Source: Alphaproteobacteria bacterium
GTDB lineage: Bacteria; Pseudomonadota; Alphaproteobacteria; GCA-2731375
Length of the DNA stretch: 64,000 nucleotides
Direction: 5' to 3'
Assembly: GCA_965232515.1 (NCBI GenBank)
Contig: CBDDPY010000002.1
Location: 6,176,001-6,240,000, forward strand
Shown: positions 47,257 to 56,552 of the stretch, piece by piece
How positions within the stretch are numbered: position 1 is the stretch's first letter
Layout: every line of letters starts with the position of its first letter
Program-made: the position numbers and the translations under genes
Notes under the pieces: model-generated
Databases searched by the model: none
Told to the model about the DNA's origin: nothing
What the model saw: the letters and a program-made list of their open reading frames with translations, nothing else

Positions 47257-48186
47257 TTAGCAAGGGGCAGGGTGGCTGTAAATCGATTCGCACGCCGCCG
47301 CGGCCCGACGTCCCGATGTGGCATTTTTGACGCGGCCGGCGCGTTGCAGCAGATCGACGATACCGACGGCGGCGCCGTCGGCGACAATCAGCGCGGCCTC
47401 GCCCCAGCGCGGCTCGAGCACCCCCGTCGGGATCTCGTCGGCCTGCTCGACCTTGCCTAGCTCCCCGCCGTCCGGGCCCAACACGGTCCAGGTAATGCGG
47501 ACGAGCTGATGGGTAGGGCCGCTGTCGGTGACGCCGACCGCGCCGAGCACGACATAAACGTCGGGCCCGACGCTTTCGGCCAGTGGCAGCCCGGCACGCC
47601 GCAAGGCCGCGCGCAGCGCCCGCGTCAGCGAGCGATAGCCGTCGCCGGGCGCGCCGGTCACGGGCTCTATCAGGATGCCGTCAAGGGCCAGCTGTGGTTC
47701 CCGGTCGTCGGCGCGGATTGCCGCGTCGATCCGCCGCGCCGTCTGACGCGCAATCTCACGCAGCAGTTCCGGCGACGCGGCGGCCGCGGTAGGGGCGGGT
47801 AGGGCCGCCGGCTGCTCGATCTTCGCGAGCGTCAGTCCATAGGGATCGACGAGCCGCCACCGCAGATCGAGCTTGCCGTCGCCATTGGCCGATTTGATAG
47901 CCGTGCCCTGGAGCAGGTAGCTGCCGTGATGGCTGCCGCGGGTGACCGCCGGAAGCTCGCGCTCGGTCAGGGCCTGGGCGACCTGACTGCTCAGGAGCGT
48001 CGGCGACTTGCCGGCCAGTCCGATGACCGGGGTGACCAGAATTCCGGCCTGCGGGCCGAAGTTGAGCGCCTGGCGCGGCGGGCTCAGCTTGCCGTCCGGC
48101 TGGAACGGCCGTGGCGGTCGTTCGCAGGCGGCGAGTCCCACCAGCAGCGCCGCCGCCAGGACGGTTGTGCAGAGCCTAGAGAACAC
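47257..48186 (-). CDS. Hypothetical lipoprotein
   Basis: Lipobox LAAC; VTGAPGDG..SL..AL. Confidence 0.7.
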   Translation of the reverse strand: MFSRLCTTVLAAALLVGLAACERPPRPFQPDGKLSPPRQALNFGPQAGILVTPVIGLAGKSPTLLSSQVAQALTERELPAVTRGSHHGSYLLQGTAIKSANGDGKLDLRWRLVDPYGLTLAKIEQPAALPAPTAAAASPELLREIARQTARRIDAAIRADDREPQLALDGILIEPVTGAPGDGYRSLTRALRAALRRAGLPLAESVGPDVYVVLGAVGVTDSGPTHQLVRITWTVLGPDGGELGKVEQADEIPTGVLEPRWGEAALIVADGAAVGIVDLLQRAGRVKNATSGRRAAAACESIYSHPAPC

Positions 48187-48241
48187 AGCTCACCATCAAG
48201 CCGATGATGAGCAGGGCGCTGAAGATCAGGATGTGCGGCAT
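48176..48241 (-). CDS. Putative 21-aa hydrophobic microprotein MPHILIFSALLIIGLMVSCVL
   Basis: ATG...TAG read by hand, fills the intergenic gap, mostly GC3-rich codons, overlaps the next start. No clear SD. Confidence 0.4.
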   Translation of the reverse strand: MPHILIFSALLIIGLMVSCVL

Positions 48242-48267
48242 GGCAATACGATAAAAATATAGCCTGC

Positions 48268-49422
48268 CTAGCCGTTCACAACCAGATCGAGCGGCAGTCG
48301 ACTCAGCCGTTCACAGCCGTTCTCGGTGACCAGCATGGTCTGGCCCAGAGTCATGGCCCGGCCGGCCTCGCTGTCCATGAGAATGATATGAATGAAAAAC
48401 ACCATGTTCGGCGCCGCCTCGACCGCGTTGCCGGCATAGAACATGGGCCAATCCATCCAGCTCGGCGCAAACGTCGTGCCCAGGCTGTAGCCGCAGGCGT
48501 TCATCCGATGCGCTTCATAGCCGGCGGCGTCGAGCACGCGGGCATGCGCGTCGAACACCTCGCCGATCGGCCGGCCTGGCTTCAGGGCCTCGATGCAGGC
48601 CGCCATGGCGTCGGCGCAGGCGGCGTGCATGGCGATCTGTCCGGGCTCGGGCGTGCCGGTCAGGATGGTTCGCATCAGGGCGCCGTGATAGCGGCGGTAG
48701 ACGCCAGCAAATTCGAGCGTCAGTTGGTCCTGCGCTTCCAGGTGCCGGCGGCCGGTGAAATAACGGCAGAGCAGCGCGTTCTCGCCGGAGCCGATGATGA
48801 ACTCGTTACCGGGATAGTCGCCGCCGCCGCGGAACACGGCGCCCTGCATGGCGGCGAGGATATCGCCCTCGAAGGCACCGGGACGGGCGAGGTTGTTGGC
48901 CTGCTCCAGCGCGTCGTCGGCAAGTACCGCGGCGCGGCGCACGTAGTCGAGCTCCGCCGGGCTTTTCACCAGGCGCAGCCGGCTGACCAGATCGGAGGCG
49001 TCTTCTACTGAGCAAAATCCGTCGAGCGCCTGATCGACCCGGCGGCCGTTCTGCGCGGTCAGCCCATAGGCGTCATACTCGATCCCAAGGCGGCGACCGG
49101 CGCAGCCGTGCCCCGCCAGCATGTCGCGCAGATCGTCGGCCGGGTTCTTGCCCTCGCGGTCGACCCAGACGCGGATGTCCTCGATGATCGAGGTGTGCTG
49201 TGCCTGCCGCAGATCGGGCGCGCGCGTCAGCAGCGTCAACGTACCGTCGGCGCCGAGATAGAGGCACTGAAAGAAACAGTAGCCGAAGGTGTCGAAGCCG
49301 GTGAGATAGAACATGCTTTCCTGGCGGAAGATCAGCAGGCCGTCGAGCCCGCGTTCGGCAATCGCCGCCGTGGCGCGGTCGCGGCGCGCGGCCAGTTCGG
49401 ATTCGCTGAAATGGATCGCCAT
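48268..49422 (-). CDS. M24/Xaa-Pro peptidase-family protein (creatinase-like)
   Basis: SMFYLTGFD, LRLVKSPAE, TLEFAG..RRYH. ATG at 49422. Confidence 0.85.
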   Translation of the reverse strand: MAIHFSESELAARRDRATAAIAERGLDGLLIFRQESMFYLTGFDTFGYCFFQCLYLGADGTLTLLTRAPDLRQAQHTSIIEDIRVWVDREGKNPADDLRDMLAGHGCAGRRLGIEYDAYGLTAQNGRRVDQALDGFCSVEDASDLVSRLRLVKSPAELDYVRRAAVLADDALEQANNLARPGAFEGDILAAMQGAVFRGGGDYPGNEFIIGSGENALLCRYFTGRRHLEAQDQLTLEFAGVYRRYHGALMRTILTGTPEPGQIAMHAACADAMAACIEALKPGRPIGEVFDAHARVLDAAGYEAHRMNACGYSLGTTFAPSWMDWPMFYAGNAVEAAPNMVFFIHIILMDSEAGRAMTLGQTMLVTENGCERLSRLPLDLVVNG

Positions 49423-49481
49423 GGGACACCTGTACGTTGGCGGACTTGCCGTTTCGATACCCGGCGCGGCATGGTTTGCCA

Positions 49482-50213
49482 ATGAAAAAGGCTGACGGCG
49501 CGATCCTGACGAGGCTGAACGAACGGCTGAGGCCGGTTGGTATGATTCCGCGGGGCGGTTTTCGTGTCTCGGCGTCCGACGATGTGCCCGCGCTGCCGGA
49601 CGGCGCGTCACCAGGCACCGTCATTCTGATCGGCAATGCCGGGCCGGCCATGTGGCGGGCCTTCGCAGCTGCCGGCGTACGCGGTGAGGATCCGCTCGAC
49701 GGCTGGACTCGTGAGGTGCTGAACGGGGTCGCGGCCGTGGTCGGGGCGTCGGCGTTTTTTCCCTTCGACGGTCCGCCCTGGTTGCCGTTCCAGCGCTGGG
49801 CGCAACGCGCCGACGATGTGCATCAATCGCCGATCGGGCTATTGATTCATCCCGTCTTCGGACTTTGGCATGCATACCGCGGCGCCCTGGCGTTCGCGGA
49901 CGTTGTCGAGCTCGCCGCGACATCGGCGGGACCGTCGCCTTGTGACGCCTGCATCGACAAGCCCTGCCTGACGCCTTGTCCGGTCGAGGCGTTGGCGCCG
50001 GGTTCGTACGACATTGCCGCCTGTGCCGGTCATGTCGCCGGGTCAGACGGCGCGGACTGCCTGAACGGCAGCTGCCGCGCACGGGCTGCCTGCCCGATCG
50101 GCGCCGCGTACCGGTACCATCCGGATCAGGCGCGGTTTCATATGTCCGCGTTCCTGCACCGGGTGTCGGCGCGCGCGACGGCAGCGGGCGGAGGCGACAG
50201 AGATCCCGGCTGA
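49482..50213 (+). CDS. Fe-S protein with QueG/MMACHC-like segment
   Basis: PFQRWA...LLIHPVFGLWHAYRGAL, then CDACIDKPCLTPCP...C...C...CRARAACP. Confidence 0.7.
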   Translation: MKKADGAILTRLNERLRPVGMIPRGGFRVSASDDVPALPDGASPGTVILIGNAGPAMWRAFAAAGVRGEDPLDGWTREVLNGVAAVVGASAFFPFDGPPWLPFQRWAQRADDVHQSPIGLLIHPVFGLWHAYRGALAFADVVELAATSAGPSPCDACIDKPCLTPCPVEALAPGSYDIAACAGHVAGSDGADCLNGSCRARAACPIGAAYRYHPDQARFHMSAFLHRVSARATAAGGGDRDPG

Positions 50214-51489
50214 CCCGCCGGCGCGCGATCCGAGGATCGGCGCGACCGAAACAGCAGCGCCCCGGCACGCGGCGCTGGCGCTGCTTGCCGATCCCCGGTT
50301 CCGCAACCTTTGGCTTGCCGGCGGTGTGCTGAACACCATGCGCTGGCTCGAAATTCTGGCTATCGGCGTCTATGTGTTCGACCGCACCGGCTCGGCGCTG
50401 ACGGTCGCGGTGGTCCAGTTGGTGCGCTGGTTGCCATTGGTGCTGTTCGGCGGTCTGATCGGCGCCTATGCCGAGCACGGACGGCGCAAGCCGTTCCTGC
50501 TGGCCGGTTTCGGTTTGGCCGCCGGCGTCAGCGTGCTGCTCGGTCTGCTGGCCCTTGGCGGGCAGATTGCGCTTTGGCAGATCGGCGCCGGAAGTTTCCT
50601 GATGGGTCTGTTGTGGTCGGGCGACTATGCGCTGCGGCGCACATTGCTTGGCGACGTCGCGGGGCCGGAGCGGCTTTCGACTGCAATGGCGCTGGACTCG
50701 GTGACAATGGCCGCCACCCGCATGATCGGCCCGCTGGTCGGCGGCGTGCTGGTCGGCGTCATCGGACTGCACGGCGCCTATTTCGCCGGGGCGGCCCTCT
50801 ACGGTCTGGCGGTGTTGCTGCTCCTGCGGCTTCACGAACCGACGCTACGCCGGGCAGCAGTCGAGCCGACGCGGGCCGGGGGCTGGCGAGAGGGGCTGGC
50901 ATACCTGCGACGCAACCGGCAGGTCACGGCGGTGCTGTTCATCACCATCGTCTTCAATCTGTTCGGCGCGCCCTATGTGGCCTTCGTGCCGGTGATCGGC
51001 AAGGAGATCCTGAACCTGACGCCGACGCTGGTCGGCTTGCTGTTGGCCGCCGATGGCTTCGGCGCGTTCTGTGGCGCCATACTGGCGACGGCATTCGGCG
51101 AGCGGCTGCGGGCCGGCCGGGTGTTCGTGTTCGGGACCGGGATATTTCTACTCGGCGTGCTGCTGTTCGCCTTGTCGGGCAGCTATCTCCTGTCGGGCCT
51201 GCTGCTGCTCGCCGCCGGATTCGGCTTCGCGGGATTTTCCGGCATGCAGAGCGGCCTGGTTCTGCGGCATAGCGCGCCGGAGGTGCGGCGGCGGATGATG
51301 GGGCTGCTGGCGACCTGCATCGGTTGTTCGCCGATCGGGATGCTGCATCTCGGCGCGCTGGCCGAGGCCATCGGCGCGGCCCCGGCGCTGCGCATCGTTG
51401 CTGCCGAAGGCCTCGCGGCGTTGATTCTGGCGGCGGTAATCTGGCGGGAGCTGCACACGCCGCCGGCTACAACGCGCCCAGGGCCCTAG
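50203..51489 (+). CDS. MFS transporter (start uncertain)
   Basis: About 12 TM segments. The typical N-terminus LLADPRFRNLWLAGG lies upstream of the first canonical start (GTG 50326). An in-frame ATC at 50203 sits 8 nt after GGAGG. Confidence 0.8.
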   Translation: MPADPPARDPRIGATETAAPRHAALALLADPRFRNLWLAGGVLNTMRWLEILAIGVYVFDRTGSALTVAVVQLVRWLPLVLFGGLIGAYAEHGRRKPFLLAGFGLAAGVSVLLGLLALGGQIALWQIGAGSFLMGLLWSGDYALRRTLLGDVAGPERLSTAMALDSVTMAATRMIGPLVGGVLVGVIGLHGAYFAGAALYGLAVLLLLRLHEPTLRRAAVEPTRAGGWREGLAYLRRNRQVTAVLFITIVFNLFGAPYVAFVPVIGKEILNLTPTLVGLLLAADGFGAFCGAILATAFGERLRAGRVFVFGTGIFLLGVLLFALSGSYLLSGLLLLAAGFGFAGFSGMQSGLVLRHSAPEVRRRMMGLLATCIGCSPIGMLHLGALAEAIGAAPALRIVAAEGLAALILAAVIWRELHTPPATTRPGP

Positions 51490-52298
51490 AGCGTCGCGGC
51501 AAAGTCCTTGAGCGCCGCAATGAACGGCTGTGGCGCCTCGACTGGCAGCATGTGACCGGCCTCCGGCACGTCAACGCGGCGGCCGTCGGGCAATCGCGCG
51601 AACAGCCGGTCGACGATTTCGGGATCGTAGAACACCCGGTCGTTCGGCCCCATCATCACCAGCACCGGGCAGGTGAGCTGGTCATAGGGCACAACCCAGT
51701 CTGTCTTGCCCATCCAGGTCAGCAAATTGATGGCGCCGGAATCTGGATCCAGCGGCTCGTAGGCCGTGTCCGGTTGCAGGCATTCGCCGCGATGTGTCTC
51801 GAGATAGGCCGGACCGAACAGCAGCGGCGTCATCATGTCGCGCATCAGGTTCGGGCCGCCGACCTGCATGGCCATCAGCGCCGCATCGTTGATCCAGGCG
51901 ATGCGCGGGCCGATCTCGCGCAGCGTGTTGACCAGCACCAGACCGGCGGCCGGACAGCCGGCCAGGAAGGCGCGGCAGCAATAGAGACCGCCGATCGACA
52001 GGCCCACCAGCACCGGTTTCGGCGGCGCCAGGTCCCCAACCAGCCTTCCGAGATCGCCGTAGATCACCTCGTCGGTCAGCTTGAGATCCGGCGCGTATGG
52101 GCTGTTGGCCTGTCCGCGGAAATTATAGGCCAGCGTGCCGTGGCCCGCCTCGCGCAGCGCCGGGCCGACCTCGGCCTGCCACATGCCGGCGTCGCCCGTG
52201 ATGGCGTTGACGAAGACGAAGGTGCAGCCGCCGTCGGCGGTCGGTGGGTCGTATTCGTAGTAGAGACCGTCCTGTGGTCCGAGTTGCAGCACTGGCAT
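51486..52298 (-). CDS. Alpha/beta hydrolase
   Basis: YNFRGQ..S, GLSIGG nucleophile elbow, AGHML. Confidence 0.85.
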   Translation of the reverse strand: MPVLQLGPQDGLYYEYDPPTADGGCTFVFVNAITGDAGMWQAEVGPALREAGHGTLAYNFRGQANSPYAPDLKLTDEVIYGDLGRLVGDLAPPKPVLVGLSIGGLYCCRAFLAGCPAAGLVLVNTLREIGPRIAWINDAALMAMQVGGPNLMRDMMTPLLFGPAYLETHRGECLQPDTAYEPLDPDSGAINLLTWMGKTDWVVPYDQLTCPVLVMMGPNDRVFYDPEIVDRLFARLPDGRRVDVPEAGHMLPVEAPQPFIAALKDFAATL

Positions 52299-52359
52299 AT
52301 CGACCCTCCCGCGTCGTTGGAACGGCCGTTAGTTTACCGGCAACGGCGCGGCAATCAAT

Positions 52360-53130
52360 TCAGACCAAGGCAATGGCCGAAATCAGCCGGCCGTAGTCGT
52401 CCTCGCCGGCGTGGGTGGCGCGCCGGTAGCTGAAGCAGCGATCGGCCTCGGCATAGGTGTCGACGTCCAGCCGTTCGACGGCGGCGATTCCAGCCCGCGC
52501 CAGACGTTGGACCACGTAGCCAGGCAGATCGAAGCGGAAATGCGCCGGTCGGTCCGAGACAACAAAGAACCCGTCATTGGCTTCGTCGGCGGCGAGGAAC
52601 GCGTCGCGGAATTCGGGCCCGACCTCGTAGGAAGCTTGGGCGATGCAGGGGCCGAGCGCGGCTTCGATCCGCTCGATCCTTGCGCCGAGGCCGCACATGG
52701 CGTCGACCGTTGCTTCGACAATGCCATTCAGCGAGCCGCGCCAGCCGGCATGCGCCGCGCCGATGACGCCGGCCTCAGGGTCGGCGAACAGGACCGGTCC
52801 GCAATCAGCCGTGAGCACGCCGATAGCGATGCCCGGCGTGCGGCAGACCATCGCGTCGGCGCGCGGCGCCGCGGCCGGCTCCCAGCCGGCAGCGACAGTC
52901 GCGACCTCGGCGCTGTGGACCTGATGCACCGTGTTCAGCGCCTGCCTGTCGACAGCGAGTGTCCGGGCAACACGGGACCGGTTCTCGGCCACATCGTCGG
53001 TCCGGTCGCGCGAGCCGAAACCGCAATTCAGCGAGGCGTAAACGCCCCCGGACACGCCGCCCTGGCGGGTGAAGAAGCCGTGTCGGATGCCGGCGGCATC
53101 CAGGTTCCTGGCGACAATCGGCTCGGTCAT
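52360..53130 (-). CDS. pgeF: YfiH/PgeF-family protein
   Basis: HGFFTRQGGVS, HQVHS, TADCGPVL, AHAGWRG, GPCI, FSYRR. Confidence 0.92.
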   Translation of the reverse strand: MTEPIVARNLDAAGIRHGFFTRQGGVSGGVYASLNCGFGSRDRTDDVAENRSRVARTLAVDRQALNTVHQVHSAEVATVAAGWEPAAAPRADAMVCRTPGIAIGVLTADCGPVLFADPEAGVIGAAHAGWRGSLNGIVEATVDAMCGLGARIERIEAALGPCIAQASYEVGPEFRDAFLAADEANDGFFVVSDRPAHFRFDLPGYVVQRLARAGIAAVERLDVDTYAEADRCFSYRRATHAGEDDYGRLISAIALV

Positions 53131-54212
53131 GCCATCTCGTCCTCGAATCCAGCCGGCGCCGGCATGTCTTTCGACGTGACCGCCAGAACCTTGAACAACG
53201 CGCCCATCTGCCCGGCACCGGTCAACCGCGCCGTCGCCGTCTCGATCGCGGCGGCCTGCGCCGGCGTCGCCTTGGCGCTCAACGTCGCGGCGCGCGCGGC
53301 GATGCCGAGGCGTTCCAGGAACCGGCCCTGCGGCACCGGCCCGTGGGCGGCGGCGCCCGCGCTGGTCGCCGCCTCGGCAAGCGCCTGAAAGTCGACATGG
53401 CTGGTGATGTCGGCCGTGCCGGGCGCCTGCAGCACCGGATGGCGGGCGTGTCCCTTCACGGCCTGCAAGGTATCGCCCGGCGCCGTGCGCACGTAGCCGT
53501 AGTCGACGACCAGCGCGAGGCCGCCGGCCGCGGCGATGCGCGCGGCGATCTCGGCCATAACGGACGCGCGGGCGGGCGAAGCCTCGACAATGCTGTCGGG
53601 GGGCGCCTGACGGACGGCGGGCGGCAGCGCGCTATCGGCGATGGGCTGTGGCGACAGCACGTAGGCGAGGCCGCTCGGGCCGACGTTGATGAGGCGTTCG
53701 TGCCACCGGTTCTTGTGCCGCTGAAACTGCCGTATCGGCAGGGCGTCGAAGAACTCGTTGGCGATCAGCAGCAACGGGGCGTCGGGCAGCTCGGCGATGT
53801 CGGCGTGCCAGGTGACGTCGACGCCGGCAAGCGTATCGCGCTGGCGTTCGCGAAGCGCCGGACTGACCTCGACCAGCCGAATATCGGCCGCGTCCAGGAA
53901 GCCCGGAACACCCCGGCAGGCCCGCACGGCGTCGGCCATGAGGGTGCCGCGGCCGGGGCCGAGCTCGACCAGCAGAAACGCCGACGGCCGACCGAGCTGC
54001 TGCCAGCCGTGCGCGCACCACAGACCGATCAGCTCGCCGAACATCTGGCTGATCTCGGGCGCGGTGACGAAATCGCCGTCTTGGCCGAAGGGATCGCGGT
54101 TGGCGTAATAGCCGAGGGTTGGATGGGTCAGCGCCTCGGCCATGAAGCGCGATACCGGCATCGGTCCGTCGACCGCGACCAGGCGACGAAGATGGTCGGC
54201 GAGCGCGCTCAT
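53127..54212 (-). CDS. MidA/NDUFAF7-type SAM-dependent methyltransferase
   Basis: GDFVTAPEISQMFGE, ELGPGRGTL, ANEFFDALP, DITSHVDF, MGALFKV. Confidence 0.92.
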   Translation of the reverse strand: MSALADHLRRLVAVDGPMPVSRFMAEALTHPTLGYYANRDPFGQDGDFVTAPEISQMFGELIGLWCAHGWQQLGRPSAFLLVELGPGRGTLMADAVRACRGVPGFLDAADIRLVEVSPALRERQRDTLAGVDVTWHADIAELPDAPLLLIANEFFDALPIRQFQRHKNRWHERLINVGPSGLAYVLSPQPIADSALPPAVRQAPPDSIVEASPARASVMAEIAARIAAAGGLALVVDYGYVRTAPGDTLQAVKGHARHPVLQAPGTADITSHVDFQALAEAATSAGAAAHGPVPQGRFLERLGIAARAATLSAKATPAQAAAIETATARLTGAGQMGALFKVLAVTSKDMPAPAGFEDEMA

Positions 54213-55030
54213 GAGGTTGTCGGCGGCGATGTCCGGGCGCGCCAGATCAAGTAGAGGCCCAGCATTAGCATGGGGATCGACAATAGCTGGCCCATGGTGC
54301 TGCCGCCGGCCAGCAGGCCGATATGCGCGTCGGGCTCGCGCAGGAGCTCGACGGTGCCGCGCGCCAGACCATAGCCGAGCAGAAAGACGCCGGTGGCAAA
54401 ACCCGGTCGTTCAAAGATCCGTCGCCGTTGCACCAGCCAGAACAGCAGCAGGAACAGCACAAGGCCTTCCAGCGCCGCCTCGTAGAGCTGGCTCGGGTGA
54501 CGCGGCAGGGGACCTCCGTTGGGAAACACCATGGCCCAGGGGACGTCTGTCGTCCGGCCGTAAAGCTCGCCATTGATGAAATTGGCGATGCGCCCGAAGA
54601 ACAGGCCGATCGGCGTCGCCGCGGCGATCATGTCGGCCAACGACAACAACGGAATCTTGCGCTGACGTGCGAACAGCAGGATGACAACGACAACGCCCAG
54701 CAAGCCGCCGTGAAACGCCATGCCGCCGCGCCAGATCGCGAACACCTCAAGGGGGTGCGCCAGATAGTAGGCCGGGTTGTAGAACAGCACCGAGCCGATC
54801 CGGCCGCCCAGGATGACGCCGATCGTCACCCAGAACAGCAGGTCGTCGACATCCTTGCGCTGCATCAGCGCGCCTGGCCGCCGATTGAGCCAGACCACGT
54901 AACGCCAGCCGCCGAACAGGCCGGCGATATAGGCGAGCGCGTACCAGCGGATCGCCACCGGGCCGATCTGCAGCAGCACGGGGTCGATGGCTGGATAAGG
55001 AAGAACGGGCAGGGTCGTCAGGCTGATCAT
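54209..55030 (-). CDS. lgt: Prolipoprotein diacylglyceryl transferase
   Basis: IRWYALAY, GGMAFHGG, GRIANFINGELYGR, RHPSQLYE. ATG at 55030. Confidence 0.96.
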   Translation of the reverse strand: MISLTTLPVLPYPAIDPVLLQIGPVAIRWYALAYIAGLFGGWRYVVWLNRRPGALMQRKDVDDLLFWVTIGVILGGRIGSVLFYNPAYYLAHPLEVFAIWRGGMAFHGGLLGVVVVILLFARQRKIPLLSLADMIAAATPIGLFFGRIANFINGELYGRTTDVPWAMVFPNGGPLPRHPSQLYEAALEGLVLFLLLFWLVQRRRIFERPGFATGVFLLGYGLARGTVELLREPDAHIGLLAGGSTMGQLLSIPMLMLGLYLIWRARTSPPTTS

Positions 55031-55160
55031 ACTCGACCGTCTCGGCGGATGCGCAGGATATAGCCGCCGTGCCGGCGGCTCGCAAGCAACGCAGATCGGC
55101 GGCCGCCATTGCCTGATGTCCGGCGGCGGGCCATATTGCCTGCGAAGGGAGTACAACGTG

Positions 55161-55475
55161 ATGGTTCCAAACCGCCGCCGCCTCGACGATATCGCCAAAA
55201 TCGCAACCAGCGCCGTCGGAATCCTGCAGGGCGCCGGTCGGGAGGCCGAGGGTCTGATGCGGATCCGCATGGAGCGGCTGCTCGACCGCATGGATCTGGT
55301 GACGCGCGACGAATTCGACGCGGTGAAAGCGATGGCGGTCGCCGCGCGGGAGGAGAATGCCGCCCTGAAGGAGCGGATCGCGGCGTTGGAAGCGGCCGCC
55401 AGGCCGGCGGCGCAACGCGCTGCCCGAGCCAAGTCGACGACCAAAGCGAAGCCGCGCGGCAAATCGACGAAATAG
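55161..55475 (+). CDS. ubiK: Accessory factor UbiK family protein
   Basis: MDLVTRDEFDAVKAMA..AR.EN..LKERIAALE; divergent from lgt. Confidence 0.85.
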   Translation: MVPNRRRLDDIAKIATSAVGILQGAGREAEGLMRIRMERLLDRMDLVTRDEFDAVKAMAVAAREENAALKERIAALEAAARPAAQRAARAKSTTKAKPRGKSTK

Positions 55476-55478
55476 CCG

Positions 55479-56552
55479 TCAGCCGAAATGACCCATATAG
55501 GCCTTGCGCACCAGGTGGGGCAGCAGGAGACGGAGCGGCATGCGCAGCGCATGCGCCCGGACATAGAGCAGCCAGCGGGCGAGGCCGCTGAACCCGTCGT
55601 CGCAGGTCGGGTGATTCGGTCTGAGGCCGCGGTCGAAGAGAAAATCCATCAATGCCGATAGCGGCCGCGATGGCGCGCCGGCGCGCGATGCGTCGATGAC
55701 GTCGTCGGGGATCGGCGTGCCCAACACGTTGCGGGCATAGCGCAGCGCGTAGAAAAGCGGTCGGGACAGCTCGAGTTCGATCGCGCGGGGCACCAAACTG
55801 TCCCAGAACCGGACATCCGTTCCAAAATGAGAAAGCAAGGCGTCGAGGTCGCCGAGATCGCGCAGGCCCTTGTCGAACTCGCCCTCATGGAACAGATGGG
55901 TCGCCGCGTGAATGACCATGTCGGCCGGCGCCAGGGTGAACAGACCGTCGTGCGCTGGAATTGGCTGGGCGGCGGCCAACAGCTTTTGCGGGTCGGGATG
56001 GTAGGGTGCCGTCTCGGGCAATATCGTGTGGTGCACGTCCAGGTAGGTCTTGCGCTTGTAGTGCCGCAGCGGCGGCAGTTCGTGCATCCAGGTCCTGTAA
56101 TAGCGGCTGTCGTAGTCGCTGATCGGTCCGCTGGACCATCCCTTCAATGACAATTGACGTTCGACCGCGTCCAGTGATGTCTTGGGCACCAGGATGTCGA
56201 CGTCGAAGAAGATCCGACCGGCCGCCGGCGGCAATTGGGCCATGGTGTAGGCGGCGCCCTTCAACAGCACGATCGGCAGATCGAGGGGCGCGAGGGCGGC
56301 CTTGATCTGAGCCACTTCCCAGGCGACATCGATGGCCAGCCGGTCGGCGAACAGGCGGTTCGATTCGAGGTGGGCCAATGGCCGGTCCGGGACGCTGTCC
56401 AGCAGGTCCTGGTCCCGCAGGGCCAGGTAGAGCCGTGACAGCATGGCGGACTTGCGCGCCTGCCGGATCAGCCGATCCCACTCGCGACCGGTCAGATCGG
56501 CGGCGTCCAAGGGCTGGCGCAACGCGGCAGTCAGCGCGGGAACGGCGGTCAT
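55479..56552 (-). CDS. Nucleotidyltransferase family protein (NTP_transf_5-like)
   Basis: VLLKGAAY...GRIFFDVDILVP, HELPPL, LDVHH, H...HLF, LRDLGDL. Confidence 0.85.
   Translation of the reverse strand: MTAVPALTAALRQPLDAADLTGREWDRLIRQARKSAMLSRLYLALRDQDLLDSVPDRPLAHLESNRLFADRLAIDVAWEVAQIKAALAPLDLPIVLLKGAAYTMAQLPPAAGRIFFDVDILVPKTSLDAVERQLSLKGWSSGPISDYDSRYYRTWMHELPPLRHYKRKTYLDVHHTILPETAPYHPDPQKLLAAAQPIPAHDGLFTLAPADMVIHAATHLFHEGEFDKGLRDLGDLDALLSHFGTDVRFWDSLVPRAIELELSRPLFYALRYARNVLGTPIPDDVIDASRAGAPSRPLSALMDFLFDRGLRPNHPTCDDGFSGLARWLLYVRAHALRMPLRLLLPHLVRKAYMGHFG

Noticed and set aside
54209-55564. 451-aa extended Lgt
   Set aside because: The extension is antisense to ubiK; Lgt similarity starts at ATG 55030.
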